A DNA stretch of 64,000 nucleotides from Candidatus Bathyarchaeia archaeon (GCA_037481775.1 JBBFKZ010000003.1:1-64000), one strand, 5' to 3'. Counted from the stretch's first letter, positions 1 to 9,329 are shown. Numbers and translations are program-made. The notes: generated from the sequence alone by a model not told the origin.

Positions 1-117
1 CCTCAGCCTACGCCTGCGCCTCAGGCGCCTGTTGAAACCTACTTCGCCATCTCCACCGCAGCCATAATCGTTGCAATAGCCGTAATCGGTGTGCTGATAC
101 TCAGGAAGCGGCCGTAA
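1..117 (+). CDS. 3' end of a membrane-anchored PQQ-like beta-propeller surface protein (partial)
   Basis: Frame 1 reads PQPTPAPQAPVETYFAISTAAIIVAIAVIGVLILRKRP*, nearly identical to the C-terminal anchors of 30693..33194 and 37208..39823. Confidence 0.85.
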   Translation, partial: PQPTPAPQAPVETYFAISTAAIIVAIAVIGVLILRKRP

Positions 118-313
118 AGGTGCAGTCAGCAAAAACTTCGCTTTCCCCTTTTTTAGTCGTTCAAAGTCAGCTAAGCGCGACGGAGAGGTGAACTGGGGGC
201 TGAGTGGGTTTTGGGCTTACGCTGTAATTGCAGCAGAAGATTGCCATTCTTCGATTCTCTCCTTTAGTTTTAGCGCCCAAGACCCCAGCAAACCCAAAGT
301 TGGCAATGTCTAA
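91..313 (+). repeat. Copy 1 of a ~220-bp conserved element (gene end, T-rich terminator and structured sequence)
   Basis: Aligns by eye to 39797..40018; contains stem gggttttgggc (206-216)/gcccaagaccc (275-285). Confidence 0.85.
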
Positions 314-337
314 AAGAAAATCAAAGAAAATGTTTTC

Positions 338-421
338 TCAGACTTCGTGCGCTTGCCAGAATAAATAAACCTTCGTCTGCAGCAGGAAGCCGCAGACTTT
401 AATCAGCTGCGCAAGCCTTTC
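338..421 (-). pseudogene. Relic 3' end of a viral ABC-ATPase/GNAT fusion gene
   Basis: Translates ERLAQLIKVCGFLLQTKVYLFWQAHEV*; 20/22 aa identical to the C-terminus of 40025..41473; in-frame stop upstream at 476-478. Confidence 0.8.
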
Positions 422-745
422 AGCGCCTGAAGCCCTAAACCGCCCCAACAAACTTCCGCTTACGGCCGAAAAGTCCTATGCGAACACGTAGACTACGCCT
501 AACCCAACCAGAAATCGAAGAAAAAATCCGCCAAAAACGCAAAGAAGGCTGGAAACTTCCTGAAGTGTGACACGAGGGCCGAAAAAAGTCACATAAAAAA
601 TAACACTAACCAAGCCAGAGGATAAAACCAATCAATGACAACACAACAAAAACACAAAAAAGACGGCGTAACTGAACGTAAAGGCCTATGCCACGCTCTT
701 TTTGTGTTTAATAGTGAAGCTGGATTTATAGAGCAAGATGCAATA

Positions 746-1029
746 TTATGGTGGTCTGAGGTAGATGCGGATTTGGCCTTTTGAGACTTGGAGAGTTACG
801 TGGTCTTTATCAACGGCTTTTGATGCGGGACCAACTGCTGAAACTGCTAAAAGGTTTTTGAATGAAGATTTTACGCCGAGCACTTCTTGGGCTGCTTCCT
901 TTCTTAATTCAACTTCAAAATGTGTTACTTTCCACTCTTCCCGTCTATGATGATGTCTTTTATTTTGCCCACGCGCATGCCGTCGCACACGATTTCTTTA
1001 CCAATCAGATCAGTGTACTTCACAATCAT
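746..1029 (-). pseudogene. PRC-barrel-like protein with one frameshift (or sequencing error)
   Basis: ATG at 1029 after GAGGT gives MIVKYTDLIGKEIVCDGMRVGKIKDIIID; one missing base near 940-945 would join it to EEWKVTHFEVEL...YLRPP*. Confidence 0.65.
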
Positions 1030-1268
1030 TCTACCTCGTAAATCATTTTTATTTCATTCATTGAATTTATAAAATTTGTTCCAATAATTCACTGCGGCAG
1101 TAAAAAGACAGGTAGACATTGAGTACCGTCGATTGTGCATTGCGCTGTTAAAGCCAGTTTTCCATGTTGCTTTCGATGATTTTCAATGGTGAGGCTTGCT
1201 TCGTACCTCATTTTCGAGCCGTAAAGTTTAAGGGTTAATGGTTTGTAAGTTTTTGCGTACTAACTTAC

Positions 1269-1835
1269 GTGAAGGTTTGCAGTGTGAGCGTCAAACAGAA
1301 AACTGTTGAAGAACGCAAGGCGGAAGTTCTAATCAAACTTAGGAACTATAAGCTGGTTAAAAAGGAAACTTACGAAGGCGCCTTAGCATACATTGTTAAA
1401 GTTCCTGAAACGCAGGAGAAAGCCATAATCTGGTGTATTCTTGACGCAGCAACGGTGGGCATTAACGCTATGAATACGCTTTATAAGGTTATGGATGAGA
1501 AAAATTTGGATCACGCCATTGTAATTACCGAAGGCCGCTTCACACACGCGGTTAAGCAGGGTCAGAAAAAGAAGAAGATTGAGCTTTTGCCCAAGTCTTT
1601 CCCTGTATTTGACATTTTCGAGCATGATTTGGTGCCTAGGCATGAGATTTTAAGCGAGAAAGAGCGGGAGCAGCTTCTGGCGCAATATAAGGTTCAGCCG
1701 TATCAGATACCGCAAATAAAAGCCACCGACCCCGCGGTTAAAGTCATCGGCGCTAAACCAGGCGAGATTTTGAGGATTATTCGTAAGAGTCAGACGGCGG
1801 GCGAGTACATTTCGTATAGGTACGTGGTAGAATAG
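1269..1835 (+). CDS. rpo5: RNA polymerase subunit Rpo5/H with an extra N-terminal (Rpb5-like) domain
   Basis: C-terminal [15 protein letters not shown]...PQIKATDP...[26 protein letters not shown] is the Rpb5/RpoH signature; about 110 extra N-terminal residues. Confidence 0.93.
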   Translation: MKVCSVSVKQKTVEERKAEVLIKLRNYKLVKKETYEGALAYIVKVPETQEKAIIWCILDAATVGINAMNTLYKVMDEKNLDHAIVITEGRFTHAVKQGQKKKKIELLPKSFPVFDIFEHDLVPRHEILSEKEREQLLAQYKVQPYQIPQIKATDPAVKVIGAKPGEILRIIRKSQTAGEYISYRYVVE

Positions 1836-1838
1836 AAG

Positions 1839-2396
1839 CTATTTTGCGGTCATAACGCCGGTTGCTTCTATTGCAATTTCGACTTCATCGCCGACTTTGA
1901 GGGCTAATCCTTCCGCTGTCTCTCGCGACATCAGGACAGTTACGGTTGCTGGTGTTGCAAGTTCAACTTTGACTTTTGCGGTTTCGCCGGTTTTTTCTAT
2001 AGCGGTGACTTTTCCTTTTAAGCTATTTTTTACGTTGTTTTTCATGTATGGGCGTTCCCAGCGTTCCATGTCGGATACGACTTTGTTCAAGTAGTTTTCC
2101 AGCTGCTTGTATTCGAGCAGCAAACTTTGGCCTAGCGGCGTTAGTTGTGCGCCTCCGCCTCCGTGTTTGCCGCCTTTGCGTGTTTCTACGATGGGTTCGC
2201 CTATGGCTTTTTGTATTTTTTGCAGGTAATTCCAAACGTAGCGGTAGGACATTCGGAGTTTTACGGCGGCTTTTGAGAGTGAGTTTTCTGTGGAGATGGC
2301 TTCAAGTATTTCTGCGCCGCCTTTTCCGAGGACTGGTTTTCCTTTGTATTCTATCCACATTTTGCATGAGGGTTTGTGTTTTTCTTGAGTGGTCAT
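1839..2396 (-). CDS. modE: ModE-family transcriptional regulator (wHTH + TOBE)
   Basis: LGKGGAEILEAI..NSLSKAA..L.MSYR..W...GGKHGGGAQLT motif and C-terminal TOBE domain; divergent from tupABC. Confidence 0.88.
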   Translation of the reverse strand: MTTQEKHKPSCKMWIEYKGKPVLGKGGAEILEAISTENSLSKAAVKLRMSYRYVWNYLQKIQKAIGEPIVETRKGGKHGGGGAQLTPLGQSLLLEYKQLENYLNKVVSDMERWERPYMKNNVKNSLKGKVTAIEKTGETAKVKVELATPATVTVLMSRETAEGLALKVGDEVEIAIEATGVMTAK

Positions 2397-2437
2397 TTCT
2401 GTTATAGCTTATGGTACGTAATGCTTATAAGATTAAG

Positions 2438-2461
2438 CGTTATGAATAACCATACATAACG
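2438..2461. promoter_or_regulatory. ModE box
   Basis: CGTTATGAATAACCATACATAACG is a 24-bp palindrome with the bacterial ModE consensus spacing, just downstream of a TATA-like CTTATAAG and 10 nt before tupA. Confidence 0.75.
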
Positions 2462-2471
2462 GTGTTGCAGG

Positions 2472-3482
2472 ATGCACCTTTGGCAAAAACTACTAATAAC
2501 AGCAGCTTTAGCCACAATCCTCATAACCACAAGCACTATCATCTACCTCCGGCACTTCGCCAAAAGACGACTAATAATCTCCACAACCACAAGCCTCTAC
2601 GACACAGGCGTACTTGACATAATCGAAAAAGACTACGAAGCGACTCACTTTGTTGACATCCAAATAATCTCCGCAGGCACAGGAATAGCCATCCAACACG
2701 CCCAAAACGGCGACGCCGACGTCATCATAGTTCATTCGCCATCAATGGAGAAGACGTTTCTTGAACAAGGCTACGGCGTAAACAGAAAAATAATCGCCTA
2801 CAACTTCTTCACCATCGTAGGACCAGCGTCGGATCCAGCGGGAATCAAAGGCAAAAACGCCACCGAAGCCCTAAAACGCATCGTCGCCTACGGCGAAAAC
2901 CTGCCTGACCAGACAGGGCAAACTAAAGTGTGGATTTCTCGAGGCGACAACTCTGGCACGCACGCTAAGGAGCAGCAGCTCTGGAAAACAGCAGGCTACA
3001 ACTATACGCTTATATCGGCTGAGCCGTGGTATGCAAGCGTAGGTTCAGGCATGGGCGACACGTTAAATGTGGCTAACCAGAAAGCCGCATACACGCTCGC
3101 GGACATAGGTACTTGCCTGAAATTCTACACTGGCGGCGTAATATCGCTAAGCGCGCTAATAACTGAAGACCAATCTCTACTTAACGTTTACAGCGTCATA
3201 GCCGTTAAACCCGCTGTTCCAGCTGACCAATCACTTCATGAGCAGATAAACTTTAACGATGCCATGGACTTTATACAGTACTTGGTTTCCGAGAGAACCC
3301 AGCAGCTTATAACTGATTATGGCAAGACTGATTATGGGCAAAGCCTCTTCTATGGTGCGGTGCAACCGTTAAGGGCTGATTCGCCACAGCCCATCGTCGG
3401 CTGGATAAAGAGCGCTGCCTTCTTTGATGGTTACGAGTGCCCACCGCAATATAGAAATGGCTACGCAGAACTTTACGATTAG
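2472..3482 (+). CDS. tupA: Tungstate ABC transporter substrate-binding protein
   Basis: TTTSLYDTG, GTG.A, VH, SRGDNSGTH motifs of TupA; N-terminal membrane anchor. Confidence 0.92.
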   Translation: MHLWQKLLITAALATILITTSTIIYLRHFAKRRLIISTTTSLYDTGVLDIIEKDYEATHFVDIQIISAGTGIAIQHAQNGDADVIIVHSPSMEKTFLEQGYGVNRKIIAYNFFTIVGPASDPAGIKGKNATEALKRIVAYGENLPDQTGQTKVWISRGDNSGTHAKEQQLWKTAGYNYTLISAEPWYASVGSGMGDTLNVANQKAAYTLADIGTCLKFYTGGVISLSALITEDQSLLNVYSVIAVKPAVPADQSLHEQINFNDAMDFIQYLVSERTQQLITDYGKTDYGQSLFYGAVQPLRADSPQPIVGWIKSAAFFDGYECPPQYRNGYAELYD

Positions 3483-3495
3483 AGGGCGTAATGTA

Positions 3496-4218
3496 TTGGT
3501 TGACATAATCGGCGGCATAGTAAAGGCATTTCAACTAATAGTTACAGGCGACTCAACACTTTACGGCATAGTCTTCCGCACATTCACTTTTTCAGGCGCA
3601 GCCGTTATCTTGGCCGCACTCTGGGGCACACCTATGGCATTGCTGGTAAGCCTCAGAAACTTCAGCGGCAAAACTATAATCAAAGGCTTCTTCAACTCGC
3701 TGATAGGCGTACCAACTGTAGTATTAGGCTTGGCGCTATTCCTAATTTTTTCAAAAGGCGGTCCACTAGGCTTCTTGGGTTTGCTTTATACGCCAGCTGC
3801 CATAATTCTCGGCGAAGCCATCCTTGTGACGCCCGTGTTAATCAGCATAATGGTGAACGCCATAGAAGCAGTTGACCCTGATATATTGAATTTAGCCAAG
3901 ACGCTTGGTGCTTCAGAATCACAGGCTTCAATAGCAGTTTTAAAAGAAGCCTTGAACGGTGTCCTGCTAAGCAACATAGCAAGTTTCAACCGTGCCATAG
4001 CCGAGCTAGGCGTGGCGCTGCTTGTCGGCGGTAACATAGCAGGCTATACAGACGTCTTAACCACGGCGATCTCCCGTTACACAGCAAGAGGCGAACTTGA
4101 TTTAGCTATAGCGTTAGGGATAATGTTAATGTTGATGGTGTTTTTGATAAACATGGCAGTAATCATGGCGCGGAAAGCAAAATGGCTACCGGCATTGTGG
4201 AGGTCGCCGCCGGCGTAA
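3496..4218 (+). CDS. tupB: Tungstate ABC transporter permease
   Basis: Hydrophobic; PTVVLGL, SKGGPLG, FNRAIAELG...VGGNI motifs; probable TTG start at 3496. Confidence 0.9.
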   Translation: MVDIIGGIVKAFQLIVTGDSTLYGIVFRTFTFSGAAVILAALWGTPMALLVSLRNFSGKTIIKGFFNSLIGVPTVVLGLALFLIFSKGGPLGFLGLLYTPAAIILGEAILVTPVLISIMVNAIEAVDPDILNLAKTLGASESQASIAVLKEALNGVLLSNIASFNRAIAELGVALLVGGNIAGYTDVLTTAISRYTARGELDLAIALGIMLMLMVFLINMAVIMARKAKWLPALWRSPPA

Positions 4219-4246
4219 TTCACCAAGGAAACGCGAGGACTAAAAA

Positions 4247-5308
4247 ATGGCGATACTTGCTGAATTGAAGGATGTAACCAAAATTTACGGAGAAAAAACA
4301 GCGCTTAAAAATGTGCACCTTCAGATTCAAGAAGGCGAAATACTGGCTCTTCTTGGACCCAACGGCTCCGGAAAAACCACACTACTGAAGTTGCTCGCGT
4401 TTCTCGAAGCGCCAACAAACGGTGAAATAAAGTTTCAAGGCGAAATAATTAACGCGAAAAATATTGAAAAAATGCGCTTGCAAAGCACGCTGGTCTTCCA
4501 GAAAACTGTCCTTTTTGATACCTCAGTCTATAACAACGTTGCCTACGGCTTAAAAATAAGAAGAACGCCGCGTGAAGCAGTGGACACGGAAGTGAGGAGA
4601 GCGCTGCGGCTTGTGCGCTTGGAGGGATTTGAAAGGCAACTTGCAAAGAAGCTTTCCGGCGGCGAGCAGCAGCGTGTGGCAATTGCCCGTGCTTTGGCGC
4701 TTAGAACGAAGCTTTTGCTTTTGGATGAGCCAACAGCGAATTTGGATCCAAAAAACGCCTCGATAATTGAGGATGTCATCGCCACTGTGAACCGTGAATA
4801 TAAAACTACTGTTGTGATGGCGACACATAACATGTTCCAGGCGAAGGCGCTTCCGCATAGAGTAGCGCTGATGGAAGAAGGCCAGATAACTGAGGTGGGA
4901 GAACCAGTTGAAATCTTCGGGAAACTCTCCAAGAATCTGGTGCGGTTCGCTGCGGTGGAGAATACTTTTGCGGGAGTAGCTAAAGTAGCGGGAAGCGGCA
5001 TTACAATTGTGGATGTAGGCAATGGCGTGCAGGTTGAGGTGACAGCCCAGAAGCAGGGTGAGGTGTCTATTTTCGTCAATCCGCAGGACATCATCCTTTC
5101 CAAGCATGTAGTCGAATCTAGCGCCCGAAACGTGTTTAAGGGCAAAATAATCGAAATCAAAGATTTAGGCGCAGTTGTGAAGCTCAAAGTAGATGCGGGT
5201 AAACCCTTTACGGTTCAAGTGACGAAGCGCTCCTTCAACGAGATGGGCTTAAACTTGAACTCAGAAGTGTATATCGCCTTCAAAGCTTCAAGCGTGCAAA
5301 TGCTTTAG
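4247..5308 (+). CDS. tupC: Tungstate ABC transporter ATPase with TOBE domain
   Basis: GPNGSGKT, LSGGEQQR, LLLDEP; SSARN TOBE tail. Confidence 0.9.
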   Translation: MAILAELKDVTKIYGEKTALKNVHLQIQEGEILALLGPNGSGKTTLLKLLAFLEAPTNGEIKFQGEIINAKNIEKMRLQSTLVFQKTVLFDTSVYNNVAYGLKIRRTPREAVDTEVRRALRLVRLEGFERQLAKKLSGGEQQRVAIARALALRTKLLLLDEPTANLDPKNASIIEDVIATVNREYKTTVVMATHNMFQAKALPHRVALMEEGQITEVGEPVEIFGKLSKNLVRFAAVENTFAGVAKVAGSGITIVDVGNGVQVEVTAQKQGEVSIFVNPQDIILSKHVVESSARNVFKGKIIEIKDLGAVVKLKVDAGKPFTVQVTKRSFNEMGLNLNSEVYIAFKASSVQML

Positions 5309-5529
5309 CTCTTGCCCTTCTCTTCCGCTCTTAGCTCATATAAGATTACAAGCGCTTCGCCGAGCGGCATGTTTAGCCTTGCTGCAAGCTCCGCCGGTGA
5401 TATGTCGGGTTTTTCGCGCAATATCTGTTCTCGCGTGTATGCCTTGCGTCTAGGATACATAACAGACGCGTGGACCGTTTCAACAAGTATGGGCCAGAGC
5501 TTTTCCCGCGTGTACTCTTCGAAGCTCAT
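5305..5529 (-). CDS. Small hypothetical protein (HTH-like C-terminus)
   Basis: 74-aa ORF with ISPAELAARLNMPLGEALVIL; co-oriented with the upstream radical SAM gene. Confidence 0.65.
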   Translation of the reverse strand: MSFEEYTREKLWPILVETVHASVMYPRRKAYTREQILREKPDISPAELAARLNMPLGEALVILYELRAEEKGKS

Positions 5530-5616
5530 GTTTCATCAAAATTCTCATTGGGTCGAGTAATTATTTTTGGCTATCGCTACACTTATGCGAAAACGGCGAA
5601 ATAACGTTTTAGGAGG

Positions 5617-6684
5617 CTATTTTTCACGCAAGGCCTTGGGGATATAAGCACATCTCGGGTCAGAACCGAACACGTCACCAGTGTAATATTCCGCGGCTGT
5701 GCGGCAGCCTCCGCAGATTTCGCGGTACTCGCAGACGCCGCACTTGCCCTTCAGACTGCTTTTGTCTCTGATTTTCGCGAAGAACTCGGAATTTTGCATT
5801 TCCTCCCAGATGGCTTTCAGCGACTTTTCTTTGACGTTGCCCAGTCTGTAGATGTCGTTGAAGCTGCAGGGTATGGCGTCTCCATTTTCTGCAATGCTCA
5901 TGAATTTTCCGAAGAAGCATCTGCCAAGGAAGAAGTGGTTAAACCAGTTGTCAAAATCAGGCAGTCCGCGTTGCTTGGCTATGCGCGCGAAGAAAGGGCA
6001 GTAAACGTTGATTTCAGGTTTCCCCTTATACTTTGAGCGTAAGTCAAAAAGCTGGTTGAAAGCCCACTCATACTGCTGCGGCGTGGGATCCGCTCGTAAG
6101 CTGTCTTTGCTTCTGCTGTAAGGTATAAACCCGTGATAGATGACCCAGCGCGCATTATATTTCGCTGCTAAGTCAAGAACATGCGTGAAGTCTTCGGTGT
6201 TAACGTTTGTGCCGCCGCCTTTAATGTTCGCAAAAGTGTATACGAGGCAGTTCAGCAAGCCGGCGCTTGAAAGCCGTTCAATGGCGGAAACAGCTTTAGC
6301 GTAAGCGCCTTTTCCGCGGATAAGGTCATTTGTTGCTTCGCCTCCGTCAATACTTACGGACACGCGAACCTCGTTAGCCACAATGTTCGAGAAGGCTTTA
6401 TCGTCCATGAGATGGCCATCGGTTATGATGCTTGCGTTTAAACCGATTTTCCTTGCATAACCGATTACGTCGAATAGGTCTTTGCGGAGAAGTGGTTCGC
6501 CGCCGCTTATTCCAAGCCAGCTTGCGCCAAAATCGTATATTTTGTCCACAAGCTGCAGAGCAACGGAAGTGCCCAGTTCATCAGGGAAAGGCGGTTTACC
6601 TGCGGATGCGCAGTGGACGCAGTTGCTGTCGCATGCGAAGGTGCATCGCCAAGGCAGAATGTACAGTGGTCCTTTACGCTGCAT
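5617..6684 (-). CDS. Radical SAM protein with SPASM domain
   Basis: CDSNCVHC motif, SGGEPLLR, C-terminal CGVCEYREICGGCR...C. Confidence 0.92.
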   Translation of the reverse strand: MQRKGPLYILPWRCTFACDSNCVHCASAGKPPFPDELGTSVALQLVDKIYDFGASWLGISGGEPLLRKDLFDVIGYARKIGLNASIITDGHLMDDKAFSNIVANEVRVSVSIDGGEATNDLIRGKGAYAKAVSAIERLSSAGLLNCLVYTFANIKGGGTNVNTEDFTHVLDLAAKYNARWVIYHGFIPYSRSKDSLRADPTPQQYEWAFNQLFDLRSKYKGKPEINVYCPFFARIAKQRGLPDFDNWFNHFFLGRCFFGKFMSIAENGDAIPCSFNDIYRLGNVKEKSLKAIWEEMQNSEFFAKIRDKSSLKGKCGVCEYREICGGCRTAAEYYTGDVFGSDPRCAYIPKALREK

Positions 6685-6730
6685 TATCTCAGGCTCCGAT
6701 AAACTTCTGGGAGAATGTTATTTAACCCTT

Positions 6731-7738
6731 TCATAACGCGCCCAGCCTATAGAGGTTTCCAACACTGTTCCACACGAACGCCTCGGGCAGCGCTTCAGCT
6801 ATGGCGCACATGGCCTTCCAGCCCGTGCAATGCGAAGGCACAATAAGCTCAGGCCTTATTTGCTTCAGCGCTTCGATGGTCGGTTGGATTCTGCCCTCAA
6901 AGTCTTTTCCAGCAAGGTGAAAACCGCCCATGACAGCGTAAACGTGCTTCACGCCTGTGAGCTGCCGCGCATAAGCCACCGTGTTGATTATGCCCGCGTG
7001 GGCGCAGCCTGAAAGAACCACGAGACCTTTCCCTTTAATGTTGATTACCACGGCGCGTTCATCCATAATCCACGGGTCAGGTTTCCAAGCGCCATCTGTG
7101 AAGACCCTGTGCTGTGCATAGCCCTTTTCGAAGCTTGTGTTCCGCGGAATCTCGCCGGTCACGCAAACCATGCCCTCTGCAGTTAAGAATGGCTGCTTCG
7201 TGTAGATTAGCCGCGCCTGCTGTAGCTGTGCTGCAGCGGGAAACGTCGGATACTTTCTAACCACGCCATCAGCGCTAGCGGCGCCTCGCACTGTGAACAT
7301 GTCTTCATGAACGATGACGGGTAGCTCTGCTTTGCCGATTGCTTGGACTGCCGCTGGCAAGCCGCCGAAGTGGTCGTAGTGTCCATGCGAGAGCACGATG
7401 CATTCGACTTCGTTTAGGTTTACGCCCATGCGCCGCGCGTTTTCCACTACGCCGTCAGCGCTTACTCCCGTGTCAAACAAGATGCAACTTGTCCTGTGTC
7501 GGCTGAAAACGCGGATGAGCATTGCAAAACCGTGCTCGCCGAAAGGCAGCGAAGCGTGTGCTTCAACCCATTGCGGTCCATACTTCGCCTTTGTCCATTG
7601 TCTGAAGGGCTTAACTTGCGGCTTGTCTACGTATGAGAGAAAATCCACCGAGTTATCCACTAGGCTTAATATCTCTGCGCCATCAGCTTGCTGAAGCGTG
7701 AAATTCTGGTTGACTGCCGGCTCGTTTAATGTAGCCAT
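6731..7738 (-). CDS. MBL-fold metallo-hydrolase
   Basis: EHG, FDTG, SHGHYDHFGG, GCAHAG, GGFHL, HCTG motifs. Confidence 0.9.
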   Translation of the reverse strand: MATLNEPAVNQNFTLQQADGAEILSLVDNSVDFLSYVDKPQVKPFRQWTKAKYGPQWVEAHASLPFGEHGFAMLIRVFSRHRTSCILFDTGVSADGVVENARRMGVNLNEVECIVLSHGHYDHFGGLPAAVQAIGKAELPVIVHEDMFTVRGAASADGVVRKYPTFPAAAQLQQARLIYTKQPFLTAEGMVCVTGEIPRNTSFEKGYAQHRVFTDGAWKPDPWIMDERAVVINIKGKGLVVLSGCAHAGIINTVAYARQLTGVKHVYAVMGGFHLAGKDFEGRIQPTIEALKQIRPELIVPSHCTGWKAMCAIAEALPEAFVWNSVGNLYRLGAL

Positions 7739-7749
7739 CGTTTTCCCTC

Positions 7750-8319
7750 TTATAAAGGTCCTTTATAGTAGCTTGTTGTTGGGCACCCAACGCATTTTTG
7801 ATTTGTGTATCGATTACACGGGGCGCAGTCCACGCTGCATGGAGTTACTTTGTTCTCTTTATGCGCAAGGTTTTCTCTTATGGGGAGAAAAGGGGAAAAG
7901 TAAAGGTCACTTATTGGGTAGAATTCTGATCTTCGGATGCCGCCGCTGCATCTTAGCGAGCATTTTTCCATGGATATGCTTTCAAGTGTTTCTTCGGTTT
8001 CAGCTACGACAAGGGCGATTAAGTTGTAGCCGCCTATTGTCTTGAAAATATGAACGACCCGCGGGCAATCTTTGAATCTGTCAAGCAAGTTTTGCATTGC
8101 TTCGGCGCTTTCCATCTCGAGCATAACAATTGCGGGGTGCAGTTTAAGCGCTTTAGGGTTAATTAGTGCAGAAACATGGATTTTGTTTGTTTTTACTAGT
8201 TTTTCCAGCCTTTTTTTAACGCCCATGCTGGTGAATCCAACTGCTTTGGCTATTTCCTGTAATGTTGCTCTTCCATCTTCTTGTAGGTGCGCAATTATTT
8301 TTTTGTCGATGTGGTCCAA
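7750..8319 (-). CDS. Lrp/AsnC-family regulator with Cys-rich C-terminus
   Basis: DHIDKKII..LQEDGR HTH; C-terminal PCSVDCAPC...CVGCP. Confidence 0.85.
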   Translation of the reverse strand: MDHIDKKIIAHLQEDGRATLQEIAKAVGFTSMGVKKRLEKLVKTNKIHVSALINPKALKLHPAIVMLEMESAEAMQNLLDRFKDCPRVVHIFKTIGGYNLIALVVAETEETLESISMEKCSLRCSGGIRRSEFYPISDLYFSPFLPIRENLAHKENKVTPCSVDCAPCNRYTNQKCVGCPTTSYYKGPL

Positions 8320-8393
8320 AAGATTCGCCTGTTTATTTTATAAACGCAAAGTATTAATAAGGTTTATTCATTAAACTACTTAAACTTTAAACG

Positions 8394-9329
8394 GTGATAA
8401 ATGTGAAAAACACGGCAGAACAAGCAAGCACCACAGAGACGCACACCGATAAACGCGACACATGCCCTGCTTCTGATGAAAGCAGCAAACAAATCAACCC
8501 GCAGGATCAATTGAAACTAAAAATGTGCAAAATTAAGCATAAAATAGCGGTTATAAGCGGAAAAGGCGGCGTGGGTAAGAGCACCGTAGCTGTGAACCTA
8601 GCCGTAGCATTAGCATTACATGGGCATCACGGCAAAGTGGGAATTCTTGATGCGGACATTCATGGTCCATGCGTGCCGAAAATGCTGGGATTAAAGGGAC
8701 AGAGACTCATCGGCGGGCCTGCAGGGTTACTTTTCCCAGTCACCAGCCGATTAGGGATAAAGGTTGTATCGATGGATTTCTTGCTTCCAAACGATGAAGC
8801 GCCAGTAATTTGGCGTGGCCCCTTGAAAATGCGGCTTATTCAGCAGTTCCTCTCGGATATTGCATGGGGCGAACTGGACTTTTTATTAATTGATCTTCCA
8901 CCTGGAACAGGAGATGAACCGTTAAGCATCGTGCAATTGATCCCAGACATGGATGGCGTCATAATAGTTACTATGCCCTCGGAGGTTTCAGAAGCTGTTG
9001 TTAAAAAATCTGTTGCGTTTGCTCGGCAAGTTGGCGTTCCAGTAATTGGCATAATCGAAAACATGAGCGGGTTTATTTGTCCTGAATGCGGCGCTAAGGT
9101 AGACATTTTCAAAACAGGCGGAGGCAAACGAATCGCTGAAAGTATGGGTATTCCCTATCTAGGTTCAATACCGATAGACCCGCAGATTTGTAATGAATCT
9201 GACTCTGGAATAGCATTCGTAACCGAAAGCAGCACTTCGCCCGCAGCAAAGGCTTTCACAGAAATTGTCAAGAAAATTGAAGAATTCATAGAAAACGCGG
9301 GCGCTACTGGTAGCGAAAAAAAGAATTAA
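8394..9329 (+). CDS. apbC: Mrp/NBP35 (ApbC) Fe-S cluster carrier ATPase
   Basis: SGKGGVGKST, DADIHGP, WRGP, DLPPGTGD, ENMS..CPEC. Confidence 0.92.
   Translation: MINVKNTAEQASTTETHTDKRDTCPASDESSKQINPQDQLKLKMCKIKHKIAVISGKGGVGKSTVAVNLAVALALHGHHGKVGILDADIHGPCVPKMLGLKGQRLIGGPAGLLFPVTSRLGIKVVSMDFLLPNDEAPVIWRGPLKMRLIQQFLSDIAWGELDFLLIDLPPGTGDEPLSIVQLIPDMDGVIIVTMPSEVSEAVVKKSVAFARQVGVPVIGIIENMSGFICPECGAKVDIFKTGGGKRIAESMGIPYLGSIPIDPQICNESDSGIAFVTESSTSPAAKAFTEIVKKIEEFIENAGATGSEKKN

Noticed and set aside
478-570. 30-aa ORF MRTRRLRLTQPEIEEKIRQKRKEGWKLPEV
   Set aside because: Short, no recognisable motif, and inside a decayed region; cannot be supported as a gene.
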